NCBI GenBank assembly: GCA_963663385.2
Contig: CAXXXD010000001.1
Location: 512,001 to 576,000 of the forward strand
Origin: Oceanispirochaeta sp.
GTDB lineage: Bacteria; Spirochaetota; Spirochaetia; DSM-2461
DNA length: 64,000 nt
Reading direction: 5' to 3'
Under the pieces are notes generated by a model. That model was not told where the DNA came from. It saw nothing but the letters and a program-made list of their open reading frames with translations, and made no database searches. Shown here piece by piece: positions 47,363 through 57,552 of this stretch. The first letter of the stretch is position 1, and every line of letters starts with the position of its first letter. Both the position numbers and the translations under genes were made by a program.

Positions 47363-48820
47363 CTAGAGACGGCATTCTCTGTTCAATCTGTCATTTAGCA
47401 TGACTCCCAGCTTTTCAATCGCTTTCCGTGTCCCCTCTTCAACAGGAGATGCTATGCTGATGCGCAGGCAGTTGGTATACCTTCCGTTTACTCCGAAAGC
47501 GGATCCCGGTACGAAGCTGATGCCTTCCTTCAATGCCTGTTCAAACAGGTTGAGACAATCCAGTTCATAAGGAAGCTCAACCCACAGGTATAACCCCCCT
47601 TTCGGTTTGCTGACGGCTGTCCCCCGTGGAAAGTGCTGGATGACAAGCTGTTTTATTTCACGAGTCTGTCTCTCGAGGGCTTTCTGCAGTTTATAAATAT
47701 TCGCTGTATACCGCGGGCTTTGCAGGTACTCTGCAACGGTTGCCTGTATAACCGGGTTTCCTCCCAGAGTCAGGCCCATCTTCAGTTTCCGGCAGACTTC
47801 ATGCTTTTGTCCTCCCGCCAGCCACCCTACCCGGAAACCCGGGGAGAGGGTCTTTGAAAAGGATGAGCAGTAAATAACCTGTCCCGCTGTATCGAAACTT
47901 TTAATCGGCCTTTCTTCGCTGTGATCAAAGGAGCACTGATTATATATATCATCTTCAATAATGGTCATATTGTATTTTTCTGCCAGACCGATTACATCCC
48001 GTCTGTTTTTTTCCGGCATTACAAATCCGAGGGGATTCTGGTATAAGGCTGTCAGGATAACCGCCTTCACCTCCTCTCGTGAAAGGACCGCCTCCAGTTG
48101 GTTCAGATCCATTCCCTCTTCCGGTGAGGTTGGCATGGGTATAATCCTGCGTTTTAACTGATTCAGGATCTGTATGATACCCATGAAAACGGGGCTTTCT
48201 GCAACAATAATATCTCCCGGAGAGGAGCAGCTCTGTACAGCCAGAGAGAGGGCTTCCGTACAGCCGTTGGTAATCAGGATATCGTCGGAGCTGACAGCAA
48301 TCCCCCTCTGGAGCATGATTTTTCCGATTTCCCGCCTGAGTACCGGCAGGCCGGACTCCCCGGCATATTCTCCCAGCAGATTGTTTTCCTCTTTTAATAT
48401 CCGGAAAAGATACTGCTTCAGATTTTTCAGGGGCAGAAGGCTTTCATGAGGCAGTCCGGCTCCCAGGGGGACAATTGTTCTGTCGTTTCCTGCTTCGATT
48501 ATCCGTCCGATCATACTCAGAGGCCTGGCTTCTTCCGATGTGAGCAGATGTTTCTCCCTGTAGGGAGCGGGGCTGGGACTTGAGCCCGGAAGAGAGGCAA
48601 AGTAACCGGATTTCTCTACAGCAACGGTCATCCCGTTTCTCTCCAGCAGTTCATATGCCTGTATAACAACAGAAATAGCACAGTCGTACCGTCGGCTCAT
48701 CTTTCTGAGAGATGGAAGTTTTTCCCCGGGGAGTATTGTCCCTTCCTTGATTCCCGCGGCAATATGCCCGGCAATTTCTTCATAACGGTGGATTGTTTTT
48801 GCCATAGAGTCCATAAACAC
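47363..48820 (-). CDS. MocR/GabR-type PLP-dependent regulator
   Basis: GntR HTH GEKLPSLR plus aminotransferase domain (IIEDDIY, SFSKTLSPGFRVGW); exact start uncertain. Confidence 0.92.
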   Translation of the reverse strand: MFMDSMAKTIHRYEEIAGHIAAGIKEGTILPGEKLPSLRKMSRRYDCAISVVIQAYELLERNGMTVAVEKSGYFASLPGSSPSPAPYREKHLLTSEEARPLSMIGRIIEAGNDRTIVPLGAGLPHESLLPLKNLKQYLFRILKEENNLLGEYAGESGLPVLRREIGKIMLQRGIAVSSDDILITNGCTEALSLAVQSCSSPGDIIVAESPVFMGIIQILNQLKRRIIPMPTSPEEGMDLNQLEAVLSREEVKAVILTALYQNPLGFVMPEKNRRDVIGLAEKYNMTIIEDDIYNQCSFDHSEERPIKSFDTAGQVIYCSSFSKTLSPGFRVGWLAGGQKHEVCRKLKMGLTLGGNPVIQATVAEYLQSPRYTANIYKLQKALERQTREIKQLVIQHFPRGTAVSKPKGGLYLWVELPYELDCLNLFEQALKEGISFVPGSAFGVNGRYTNCLRISIASPVEEGTRKAIEKLGVMLNDRLNRECRL

Positions 48821-48922
48821 AGAATAAAACTGTTATGGTTGAAAAGTCAAGAAACTGTATCTGTTGTGGTTAGGGTGCCTTTTGTTAGGATGGAAGCAGA
48901 TTTAAACAATTGGAGGAATCCA

Positions 48923-49519
48923 GTGAATAGTATTTTAATACCTGTTCTCCTTTTTGCCGTGACAATGACCATTACTCCGGGACCCAATAATATGCTTCTG
49001 ACCGCTTCGGGTGCCCGATTCGGGTATAAAAAGACTCTACCTTTTCTGGTGGGTATCGTATTGGGTCTTCAAACGCAGCTGCTCCTGTGTGCTCTTGGCC
49101 TGGGGGTGCTTTTCCGTTCCTATCCCCAGGTCCAGATCTTTTTGAAATGGGCAGGCAGCGGCTATATTCTGTATCTCGGGTATAAAATAGCCTTTTCGGA
49201 AGGAAGCGGTTCAAAGAGCAATACCCAAAGTAAACCCATGACACTCCTGCAGGGCGCCCTGTTTCAGTATCTCAATCCTAAAGCGTATATTATGTCTCTT
49301 ACGGCTATGTCCGTTTACCCCTTGCAGGGGGAGAAGTATATCCTTTCATCCGTTTTTATACTGTTTTGTTTTCTGATGATTACTCCGTTCTGTATCTCCC
49401 TCTGGGCCGGTTTCGGGACAATTTTGAGGAAGGTCCTGAAAAGCGGACGGCAGGGGCGTCTGGTGAATCTGTCACTGGGTCTGATAACAGCGGCCTCGGT
49501 CGTATTCATTCTGATTTAA
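48923..49519 (+). CDS. LysE-family exporter
   Basis: TITPGPNN and FQYLNPKA motifs; GTG start after GGAGG; divergent from the MocR gene. Confidence 0.9.
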   Translation: MNSILIPVLLFAVTMTITPGPNNMLLTASGARFGYKKTLPFLVGIVLGLQTQLLLCALGLGVLFRSYPQVQIFLKWAGSGYILYLGYKIAFSEGSGSKSNTQSKPMTLLQGALFQYLNPKAYIMSLTAMSVYPLQGEKYILSSVFILFCFLMITPFCISLWAGFGTILRKVLKSGRQGRLVNLSLGLITAASVVFILI

Positions 49520-49648
49520 ACAGTTCTAATATATTTCAGATTGTTTGATTGACAGGAGTTATATCTTTACCTATCATTTGATTTTCTTTCGGGGGAATTC
49601 TCAATCCCGGAGCCTTCGACAGTAAATATGAAAACATAGGAAGATCAG

Positions 49649-51202
49649 ATGAAAAAACTAATACTACCATGTCTGACACTGATAATCATCTTTGGCCTGA
49701 ACGCCGGCGAGTATATTATTGGTTCAACCAATGACTATTATAGATACCTGGACCTGACAGGAGTTTCCAAGTCTCCTTCTCTGGGCTTTCACAGCTATTC
49801 GGAAAATGAACGCAATCTGCCGGAAAGCGGGCGGCCCTGGTCAGAGCTGAAAGAAAAGGACCCTATTTTAAGTATTAATGATTTCAGTCTGATGGCTGCG
49901 GATACCAGGGTCTTCTCTTCCTGGAACAGTACTTTTGCGCGTACCATGCTGAGCGACGGTGCTCTCTGGCAGGGAAAAGGGTTGAATACTAGTATTGTAA
50001 CCGGGATCGAAATTGAAAATTCATGGTTGCGAGTAGCTTTCTTACCGGAATTTGTCTACTCACAGAACCGGAGTTTCGATATTGTAGAATCTGCTACAAC
50101 TAATGAATACGGCTATTTCTATGGAGGCGTGGATGCTCCCCAGATTATGGGGAAGGAAGCCTCCTGTGATTTTTCCTGGGGACAGAGTGAGATCCGGGCG
50201 GATTACGGTCCCCTGACCCTGGCCCTCTCTGCGGAGAATATGGTGTGGGGCCCGGCTATTTATAATCCCCTTATTATGAGTGCCAATGGAGAAGGCTTTC
50301 TTCATTTGGATTTCGGATTGAGAAAGACAGAAACCCGGATGGGAGATGTGGAAGCCCGGGTGGTATACGGGCGACTGGAGGAGTCGGATTTTTTTAACGA
50401 AGACGACGATGATGATTATACTCTCTTCAGCGGTTATACCCTATCCTGGTCCCCCTTCTGGGCTCCCTATTTTACGATGGGGCTGAACAGGAGCCTTATT
50501 ATCAACTGGGAGCAGATTAATAACTCGGCTCTTTTAAAACTGTACAATCCCTTTATCTCTTCCAATGAATATGCCTTTGATGAAACGGATCAGAGGGTTT
50601 CCTTCTGGCTGGACTGGAAGATCGTTCAGTCGGGAACCGCTTTCTACCTGGAACTTTTCAAGGAAGACCACAACAGGCAATTCACTTCCTTTCTTATGTA
50701 TCCGGAGCATACCCTGGGTTTTACCTTCGGGGGGGAACAGGTTCTTCCGGTGGATAAGAACCGGGGGGTCCAGTTTAATGCGGAAGTTACCTGGCTGCAG
50801 GTAAGCCGTACCTATGACTTGAAAGATCGCAGCGGCGGAACCTATTACATCCACGGGGTTGTCTATCACGGTTATACCAACAGAGGCCAGTGGCTGGGAT
50901 CCCCCACGGGTCCCGGAGCGGATGCGCAGAATGTTTCCCTGTCCTGGTACGATACCTGGGGCATGGTAAAACTGTATGGAAGCAGAACCAATAAAAACAA
51001 GGACTATGTCTATCAGCACGATCTGGTTACCTACAATCAGGATGTAGAGATGACAGGCGGGATCGATTGCCTGTATATTATTAATGATAATTTTACCGTA
51101 GATGGCGGTATCGCCTATACCTACAACTTTAACAGAAACTACGAATACAAGAACAATGCGGATAATTTTTACCTGTCCGCCGGAATGACATACAGATATT
51201 AG
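49649..51202 (+). CDS. Wzi-like (capsule assembly) outer-membrane protein 1
   Basis: Signal peptide; NMVWGPAIYNPLIMS.N and GYTNRGQWLGSPTGPG segments; aromatic C-terminus (YRY). Confidence 0.7.
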   Translation: MKKLILPCLTLIIIFGLNAGEYIIGSTNDYYRYLDLTGVSKSPSLGFHSYSENERNLPESGRPWSELKEKDPILSINDFSLMAADTRVFSSWNSTFARTMLSDGALWQGKGLNTSIVTGIEIENSWLRVAFLPEFVYSQNRSFDIVESATTNEYGYFYGGVDAPQIMGKEASCDFSWGQSEIRADYGPLTLALSAENMVWGPAIYNPLIMSANGEGFLHLDFGLRKTETRMGDVEARVVYGRLEESDFFNEDDDDDYTLFSGYTLSWSPFWAPYFTMGLNRSLIINWEQINNSALLKLYNPFISSNEYAFDETDQRVSFWLDWKIVQSGTAFYLELFKEDHNRQFTSFLMYPEHTLGFTFGGEQVLPVDKNRGVQFNAEVTWLQVSRTYDLKDRSGGTYYIHGVVYHGYTNRGQWLGSPTGPGADAQNVSLSWYDTWGMVKLYGSRTNKNKDYVYQHDLVTYNQDVEMTGGIDCLYIINDNFTVDGGIAYTYNFNRNYEYKNNADNFYLSAGMTYRY

Positions 51203-51211
51203 GAAGAAACA

Positions 51212-52882
51212 ATGAAAAAGAAACTGCTGCAGTTTTGCCTGCTTTTTATGACAATAACAACACTATCGGCACTGGACCAGTTATCCGTGTCTCTTACCGA
51301 TCCGGTCTACCATCTGATAGAGCAGGGACGAATCCGGAAGCTCTTCCCTTCTCCCGCTTATGTAAAGCCCTACTCCTACAATCAGGTAAAGGACCTGCTG
51401 AACAGCATGCTTGTAAGCGGAGGGTTGAACTCTCAGGAGAAAGTCCTGGTAAAAGAGCATCTGCTCAGGCTTGACCCCCGTAAAGATGAACCGCTTCTGA
51501 AGACAGGTCGGCTTGCTCTGTCCGGTAGTGAAAGATCGGAAGTACAGATCGGGGCATCCTTTGCAACCTCTTTTAATGCATCTACCGATGATCCGGATAA
51601 TTACGATCAGAGAAACCTGCTGACATTTATACTGGAGGGCGGGCTGACACAGGACTTTTCATACAGAATGAACGCCGGGGGCCGTTATGATAAACTGAGT
51701 TCAACCGCCTGGGCTCCCTATGAATTCAGCTGTCCCGGAGAAGGGTTTTATATCAGTTATAATGAGGATTCCCCCATTGGTTATTCCAATGGAGAGAACA
51801 GCGATCACTCCTCCAGTTATTATACAACCCCCGAAATGGCGGCCTCTCTTATTGATGATCACATTTTTCTCCGCTGGGGTATGATCGAAAGGGACTGGGG
51901 TATGGGAGAAGGCAATATCCATCTTTCGGATACGGCCCGTTCCTTTGACGCCCTGGAAGGAACTCTGACCCTCTCTCCCATGTTCAATCTGTCCTTTTTA
52001 ACAGGGACCCTGACAGACTGGGAAGAGGATGATGAGTTTCAGAATATGTTTTCAACAAAGAGGATGGAGTTTCACCTCCCCTGGGGGCTTGAGCTTGCCG
52101 TCGCAGAGAGCGTTGTATGGGTAAAGCGGTTTGAAATGGGCTACCTTAACCCATTTATGATTACAACCATTTATCAGAATACACTGGGTAATTACGATAA
52201 TATGTATATGGGGCTGGATTTCGCCTGGAATTTTATGGAGGGGTATCAGGTTTACGGCAGTTATACCGCCGATGAAATGCGAAACTATGAACCTGAAAAG
52301 TGGTTCAGGGAGGTTCGGAATATTTTCGCTCTCCAGGGGGGATTCAGGGGAAGCATCCCTGTTCTGCCCTTTACCTCCGTGAATGTTCAGTACACTCGTC
52401 TGGAGCCTTTTTTCTACACCCATTATCCTCAGAAGTACCCCTCCTACAGTGATGACGATGACGATATCGAAACACGTATGCTGACCTACTACTCCAACAA
52501 GGGGGAGAATCTGGGATATAAACTGGCACCGGACAGTGATGAGCTGCTTCTGAAAGTCACATCCTCAGCCATCAGCAATCTCTTTCTGGAATTTTCCTGG
52601 AGTTATATTACCCATAGTGATCAGTACGGCACTTCCATTACCGATTCCATCGACTACGATCTTTACGAAGAGGGCGGATACGAACAGAAGAACAGGTCGG
52701 AATATCTGATTGAGAAAGTCCACACCCTGGCATTGGACAGCAGGTGGACTCTGGATAATTTCCCCGTAACCCTGACAGGCGGTTATGCTCTGGTTACCGG
52801 TAGAGTCCGGGAGAGTTCATCAGAAGGCTGGGATAACTACTTTAACAATATATTCAGCATAGGCGCTGAGTTCTATTACTAG
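51212..52882 (+). CDS. Wzi-like outer-membrane protein 2
   Basis: Signal peptide; RDWGMGEGNIHLSD, ESVVW, YLNP and NLGYKLAPDSD segments; C-terminal FYY. Confidence 0.6.
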   Translation: MKKKLLQFCLLFMTITTLSALDQLSVSLTDPVYHLIEQGRIRKLFPSPAYVKPYSYNQVKDLLNSMLVSGGLNSQEKVLVKEHLLRLDPRKDEPLLKTGRLALSGSERSEVQIGASFATSFNASTDDPDNYDQRNLLTFILEGGLTQDFSYRMNAGGRYDKLSSTAWAPYEFSCPGEGFYISYNEDSPIGYSNGENSDHSSSYYTTPEMAASLIDDHIFLRWGMIERDWGMGEGNIHLSDTARSFDALEGTLTLSPMFNLSFLTGTLTDWEEDDEFQNMFSTKRMEFHLPWGLELAVAESVVWVKRFEMGYLNPFMITTIYQNTLGNYDNMYMGLDFAWNFMEGYQVYGSYTADEMRNYEPEKWFREVRNIFALQGGFRGSIPVLPFTSVNVQYTRLEPFFYTHYPQKYPSYSDDDDDIETRMLTYYSNKGENLGYKLAPDSDELLLKVTSSAISNLFLEFSWSYITHSDQYGTSITDSIDYDLYEEGGYEQKNRSEYLIEKVHTLALDSRWTLDNFPVTLTGGYALVTGRVRESSSEGWDNYFNNIFSIGAEFYY

Positions 52883-52906
52883 GAAATCAATCAGGGTTAT
52901 AGCGGA

Positions 52907-54292
52907 ATGAAAAAAATAATTAAAGTCGGCCTCTATCTTTTTGTTGCCAGTTTTTCATCAAATCTTTTTGCAGAGCTGGGGATGGAGTTTTCTCCTTTTC
53001 TGACCTTGAACGACATGACGGACAAGTCACAGAAACGCCCTGAACTGACTCAGCTTTATGACTGGTACGAGCAGCCGTCCCTGTTCAAATTGTATCTGGA
53101 TCTGGAAGAGGGCAATCTGCACGCCTACACCCATATGGATCTTCATACGGATCTTATGGCGGATATACATCACCAGACCTGGTCCAATCTTCCCTATATG
53201 GGATCGGATGGATTCTATGCGGATCCTAATATCCCGGATGTCGGTTATGTCGAGTGGGAAAGCGATTCTGCTTTCCTTTCGGGAGGCCGGCGTAAACTGC
53301 ATATCGGACCGGGGGACTACGCTCTCGGTTTGGCGGGCAGTTCTCCCTACTTTGATCATGTTCTTTTTCAGAAGACCTTCCCCGGGGAGAAGTCCCATTG
53401 GCAGTACTCCTTTACTGCAATTACGGCAGACCGGAAGGCAATGGAGAAACTGGCAGATACGGAGTATAAAACCCTTTTTACCCACCGTCTCTCCTGGCAG
53501 ACGGAAAAGCTGATACTGGCGGTTACGGAGTATAACCTGATTTACGAACAGGTTCCGACCATTCAGGATGCGGGGTTTATCGTGTTTTATCACGGTATGT
53601 ATCAGGATTATCAGAATGTAATGGATGAAATCTCTTTCGAATACCTTCCCAGAGAGGATTTCAGGGTTTTCGGATCCCTTGTCAGCGATGACTATCAGAT
53701 GTCCATTGAGTCTGAAGACAGCAAACCCGGTGCCATGGGGGTTACCGGAGGGCTTTCCTGGAAGGTTTTTGATGCGGCTCCTCTGGAGAATCCCTTTCAG
53801 GATAGTACAACCCATATGTGGCAGACGGACCGGCTGGCGGATTTTGCCGGGGGACTTGTTCTTTCTGCCGAGTATATGTGGGCCAGCAAATATCTTTACA
53901 ACAGGGAAGTGGAATCGGGTAAATTCACCAATCCCATGTATTACTCCTGGGAGTATGAGAGAGAAACAGTTAATACATTTTACGGTGCCCTGTACGGTCC
54001 CGATACTATAACAGGAAAACTCACAGCCCAGTGGAACAGCGATCCCTGGAGGGTGAAGGTTTCGGGAGAACTGCTGGCCGCCGGTGCCGAAGGGATCGAT
54101 ATCAACTATGCGCCTCCCTATGAAAACTGGGTAACCATGAAAGACCCTGTTTCCTATACCTTTATGTTTGACGTGGAAGCGGAATGGGCCCTGTCTGAGG
54201 ATGTTCGTCTTTTTGCCGCGTCCGGACTGGATTTCGGTGAAGATGATATCAACTACACTCTGGAGCTGGGTTACAGACGAGTCCTTTTTTAA
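52907..54292 (+). CDS. Wzi-like outer-membrane protein 3
   Basis: Signal peptide; GRRKLHIGPG..LAGSSPYFD, HRL and YGALYGPD segments; C-terminal Phe. Confidence 0.5.
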   Translation: MKKIIKVGLYLFVASFSSNLFAELGMEFSPFLTLNDMTDKSQKRPELTQLYDWYEQPSLFKLYLDLEEGNLHAYTHMDLHTDLMADIHHQTWSNLPYMGSDGFYADPNIPDVGYVEWESDSAFLSGGRRKLHIGPGDYALGLAGSSPYFDHVLFQKTFPGEKSHWQYSFTAITADRKAMEKLADTEYKTLFTHRLSWQTEKLILAVTEYNLIYEQVPTIQDAGFIVFYHGMYQDYQNVMDEISFEYLPREDFRVFGSLVSDDYQMSIESEDSKPGAMGVTGGLSWKVFDAAPLENPFQDSTTHMWQTDRLADFAGGLVLSAEYMWASKYLYNREVESGKFTNPMYYSWEYERETVNTFYGALYGPDTITGKLTAQWNSDPWRVKVSGELLAAGAEGIDINYAPPYENWVTMKDPVSYTFMFDVEAEWALSEDVRLFAASGLDFGEDDINYTLELGYRRVLF

Positions 54293-55755
54293 TTCCGGAC
54301 CGGGAGCCTTTTACGAATTATCTTTGCGATCATGGGTACAAAAACACTTTCTTTTACCAGTATCAGGAAGAGGGCATATACCAAAGCTCCTGCCGCTGAA
54401 GAAATCAATAAAACCGGCAGTGCAGATAGATCTGAGAGAAAAGTCGTTTTCAGGAAATAAACAAATACACTCATAATGAAACTTGCCAGTATATAGATAA
54501 AGATCGGTTTGATCTTTAATTCTACTCTCTTGAGATACTGCCATCCCCAGATTAATTCCACAGCAAAAATGAAAAGTTCTGCTGCAACGGAAGCCGCCGC
54601 TGCACCATTCTGCTGAAACCGGGGTATAAGAAAAGCATTCAGAAGGATATTTAAAAGCAGAGAGGCAAAAATAGTTGATAAAACTATTCGGTCCTTATTC
54701 ATTGAAATAAGAAGCTGTTTTCCTATAAAACTGGACAGGGGAAGGATTACCATTATAGGAAGCAGGACCCGCATGGTCATAACGGCAGAAAGGTACTTTT
54801 CGCCTCCAAATACCATAATAATTTCATAGGACAGCAGGTACAGACCAATCATGGCGGGAAAGGGCAGAAAAAATATAACCTGCAGAGATTTCTGGGCAAT
54901 CGGTTTCAATTTGTCCCACTTTCCCCGGTAAACCAGGTTGGTAAAGCGGGGAATCAGTACGGCTGTAAAGGAAATAAATACAGTTTTGATGATATTAATC
55001 AGTTTATTGGCTGTTACATAAAAACCAACGGACGTATGGCCGCTCATAAAACCCAGCATAATCTTGTCAACATTATGATAGAGTTTGGTGGAGAAATAGA
55101 GAAGAAAGAAGTAGGATGCTTTGGCAAAATGTTCAGAGGGGTTAAGCTCTTTCAATGGGACTTTGACAATCAGTTTCTTTAAATTCCAGTAGTTGAGCAT
55201 CCTTGAAATCATCAGTGTTATTACGGAAACGGAGCCGTATAGAATATAGTCATCCGGAGTTTTAATGAAGGTGAAAATGAGGATAATTCCGACAACTTTG
55301 GCTGTCAGTTTACGGAAGGCCATGAACTTATATTCTTCCATGCCTTTGAAAAACCATTCAAAACCGAAAATCTTTAATATAATTCTGGTTCCCATAATCA
55401 TGTAGAGGACTATTTCACGGTTGAATTCTTCCACATAAAACAGGGAAAGGAGAAATATCGCATACACAGCAACAGTCGCCACTATTTCAATAGAAAGAAG
55501 CTCCCGGAATACGCGGCTTCTTTTTTCCATATCATCCCTGACCTGGGCGATTCGCCGGACCCCGTAGAAGGGAATACCGAGGCTGGCAAAATAGGTGAAA
55601 ACGGTGATGATGGAGGCAGCAAACTGAACTTTTCCAAGGTTGTCTGGCATCAGAACTCGGGTTACATAGGGGAAGGTGATAAAGGGTGCTGCAATATCTA
55701 AAAATTCCTTCATGCTGTTAAAGAACGCATTGGATTTAATGGATCGTTTTTTCAT
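54289..55755 (-). CDS. wzx: Wzx-type polysaccharide flippase
   Basis: PFITFPYVTRVL, DKIMLG, LLNAFLIPRF..GAA; 12-14 TM segments. Confidence 0.9.
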   Translation of the reverse strand: MKKRSIKSNAFFNSMKEFLDIAAPFITFPYVTRVLMPDNLGKVQFAASIITVFTYFASLGIPFYGVRRIAQVRDDMEKRSRVFRELLSIEIVATVAVYAIFLLSLFYVEEFNREIVLYMIMGTRIILKIFGFEWFFKGMEEYKFMAFRKLTAKVVGIILIFTFIKTPDDYILYGSVSVITLMISRMLNYWNLKKLIVKVPLKELNPSEHFAKASYFFLLYFSTKLYHNVDKIMLGFMSGHTSVGFYVTANKLINIIKTVFISFTAVLIPRFTNLVYRGKWDKLKPIAQKSLQVIFFLPFPAMIGLYLLSYEIIMVFGGEKYLSAVMTMRVLLPIMVILPLSSFIGKQLLISMNKDRIVLSTIFASLLLNILLNAFLIPRFQQNGAAAASVAAELFIFAVELIWGWQYLKRVELKIKPIFIYILASFIMSVFVYFLKTTFLSDLSALPVLLISSAAGALVYALFLILVKESVFVPMIAKIIRKRLPVRN

Positions 55756-55823
55756 AGAAATACAAGCTATTTCAGGGGCGATTTATTGTCAATACATTCA
55801 GTCTCATGTATTCTTCAAATATT

Positions 55824-56210
55824 ATGAAACGAGTCATTACATACGGAACCTACGACCTCCTTCACTGGGGACACGTCAATCTGTTGAAACGGGCAAAAGA
55901 ATTGGGAGATTACCTGATCGTTGCCTTGTCTGTGGATGAATTCAACAGAATCAAGCATAAGGAATCCTATCACTCCTATGAAGAGAGAAAGATGGTTCTG
56001 GAATCGATCCGCTATGTGGATCTTGTCATTCCCGAAACCTGCTGGGAGCAGAAAGTCGAGGATGTTAAAAAATATAATGTGGACGTCTTTGTTATAGGAG
56101 AGGACTGGAAGGGGGAGTTTGACTTCCTGAAAGATCACTGTGAAGTTGTTTATCTCCCACGGACAGAAGGAATCTCTTCCTCAAAAATAAAAAATGATCT
56201 TAAAAAATGA
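55824..56210 (+). CDS. tagD: Glycerol-3-phosphate cytidylyltransferase
   Basis: ITYGTYDLLHWGH and YLPRTEGISSS motifs. Confidence 0.95.
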   Translation: MKRVITYGTYDLLHWGHVNLLKRAKELGDYLIVALSVDEFNRIKHKESYHSYEERKMVLESIRYVDLVIPETCWEQKVEDVKKYNVDVFVIGEDWKGEFDFLKDHCEVVYLPRTEGISSSKIKNDLKK

Positions 56211-56225
56211 AAAAGGAACAGCATC

Positions 56226-57425
56226 TTGAAAGGTAACTCCAAACAGTCCGGTTATAACAAGCAGAGGTTCCTGCTGATTCTGAAGGGACTTCTTCCCTCC
56301 TTTCTGACTCTTTTTACAAAGCGGGATAAGAGGCATATTGTCTTCTGTTCCTCCTATACGACCAAATTCCAGTTTAACTCCCGCTATCTCTTTCTATATT
56401 TTCTGGAACATTATCCGGACTGGAAAGTTGAATTCGTTATTAATGACGAAGAGCAGAGGCAGAAACTTATTTCTGAGATAGGACCCTATTTCATTGAAAC
56501 GAACACTGTCAAAGGTAAGATGCATGCCCTCAACGCGGCTGTCTGGGTTCCGGCCACCCTGGAAACGCCCGTTTCGGGTTTTTTCCTTTCTTTCAGGAGA
56601 CTGGTTTATCATGTAGGGCACGGTGTTCCATTCAAGTGTTTCGGTGGAAATGAAAAGGAATTAAGCCTTGTAAAAAGGGTGTATATCAATTTGATCAGAA
56701 CGAACTTTTCAAAGATGGTGGCAAATAATGAGGACTATGTTCCTGTTATGGCTGGATATATAAACAGTTCCCAAAGCAAGATTGTTATAAACGGTCTGCC
56801 CCGGAATGACATGATGTATGTAAAACAGGATATTTCCGTTCTTCGGGAGGTCCTGCCCGAAATGCCCCCCTGTAAAAAAGCTATCCTCTATGCTCCCACC
56901 TGGCGTCCCTATGCGGAGCTGGAACTCTTTCCTTTTGCGGATCTGGATATTGATGAGCTGGACAGGTTTCTGGAAGAAAAAGAGTATGTCATTTTTATGC
57001 GGCCCCATCCATCCTACCCGGGAATCATGCCCGAGGGAATAGAGAAAATTAAACGGATCATTATGCTTGACGCCACTCTTGTTCCCGAGATTATGGAAGT
57101 GGTTACAGCCTTTGATCTGCTTGTGACAGATTATTCCAGTCTTTTTATTGACTGGCTGATTACAGGAAAGCCCATGGCGTTTATTCCCTATGATCTGGAT
57201 CTTTACGATACGAAAATCGGCTTCTCCGTTCCATTTGATCAGCATACACCGGGCCCCCGGATCAGCAGCAGCAAAGAGTTTATGAGGGAGACAGAGAGAC
57301 TTCTCGAAGATGAAACATATTACCGGGATGAACGAAATCGGGAGAATGACTATTTTAATCCGATCAGAACTGATAACTGTCGCAGAAATGCGGAAATGAT
57401 TGAAGAACTGCTGACGGATTATTGA
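56226..57425 (+). CDS. CDP-glycerol glycerophosphotransferase (TagB/TagF family)
   Basis: GHGVPFK, GLPRND, ILYAPTWR, RPHP and LVTDYSS motifs. Confidence 0.92.
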   Translation: MKGNSKQSGYNKQRFLLILKGLLPSFLTLFTKRDKRHIVFCSSYTTKFQFNSRYLFLYFLEHYPDWKVEFVINDEEQRQKLISEIGPYFIETNTVKGKMHALNAAVWVPATLETPVSGFFLSFRRLVYHVGHGVPFKCFGGNEKELSLVKRVYINLIRTNFSKMVANNEDYVPVMAGYINSSQSKIVINGLPRNDMMYVKQDISVLREVLPEMPPCKKAILYAPTWRPYAELELFPFADLDIDELDRFLEEKEYVIFMRPHPSYPGIMPEGIEKIKRIIMLDATLVPEIMEVVTAFDLLVTDYSSLFIDWLITGKPMAFIPYDLDLYDTKIGFSVPFDQHTPGPRISSSKEFMRETERLLEDETYYRDERNRENDYFNPIRTDNCRRNAEMIEELLTDY

Positions 57426-57552
57426 CCCCTCAGCAATGCTCGGGTTTCAGAGGGTGTCCCGCTGAAACCCTCATCCCTTAACCCCCTGGTTATAACCTGC
57501 GGTTGTTGACCGGGATGCAGCCTGCCTCTCCCCGCGGGAGGGGAGGTATATT

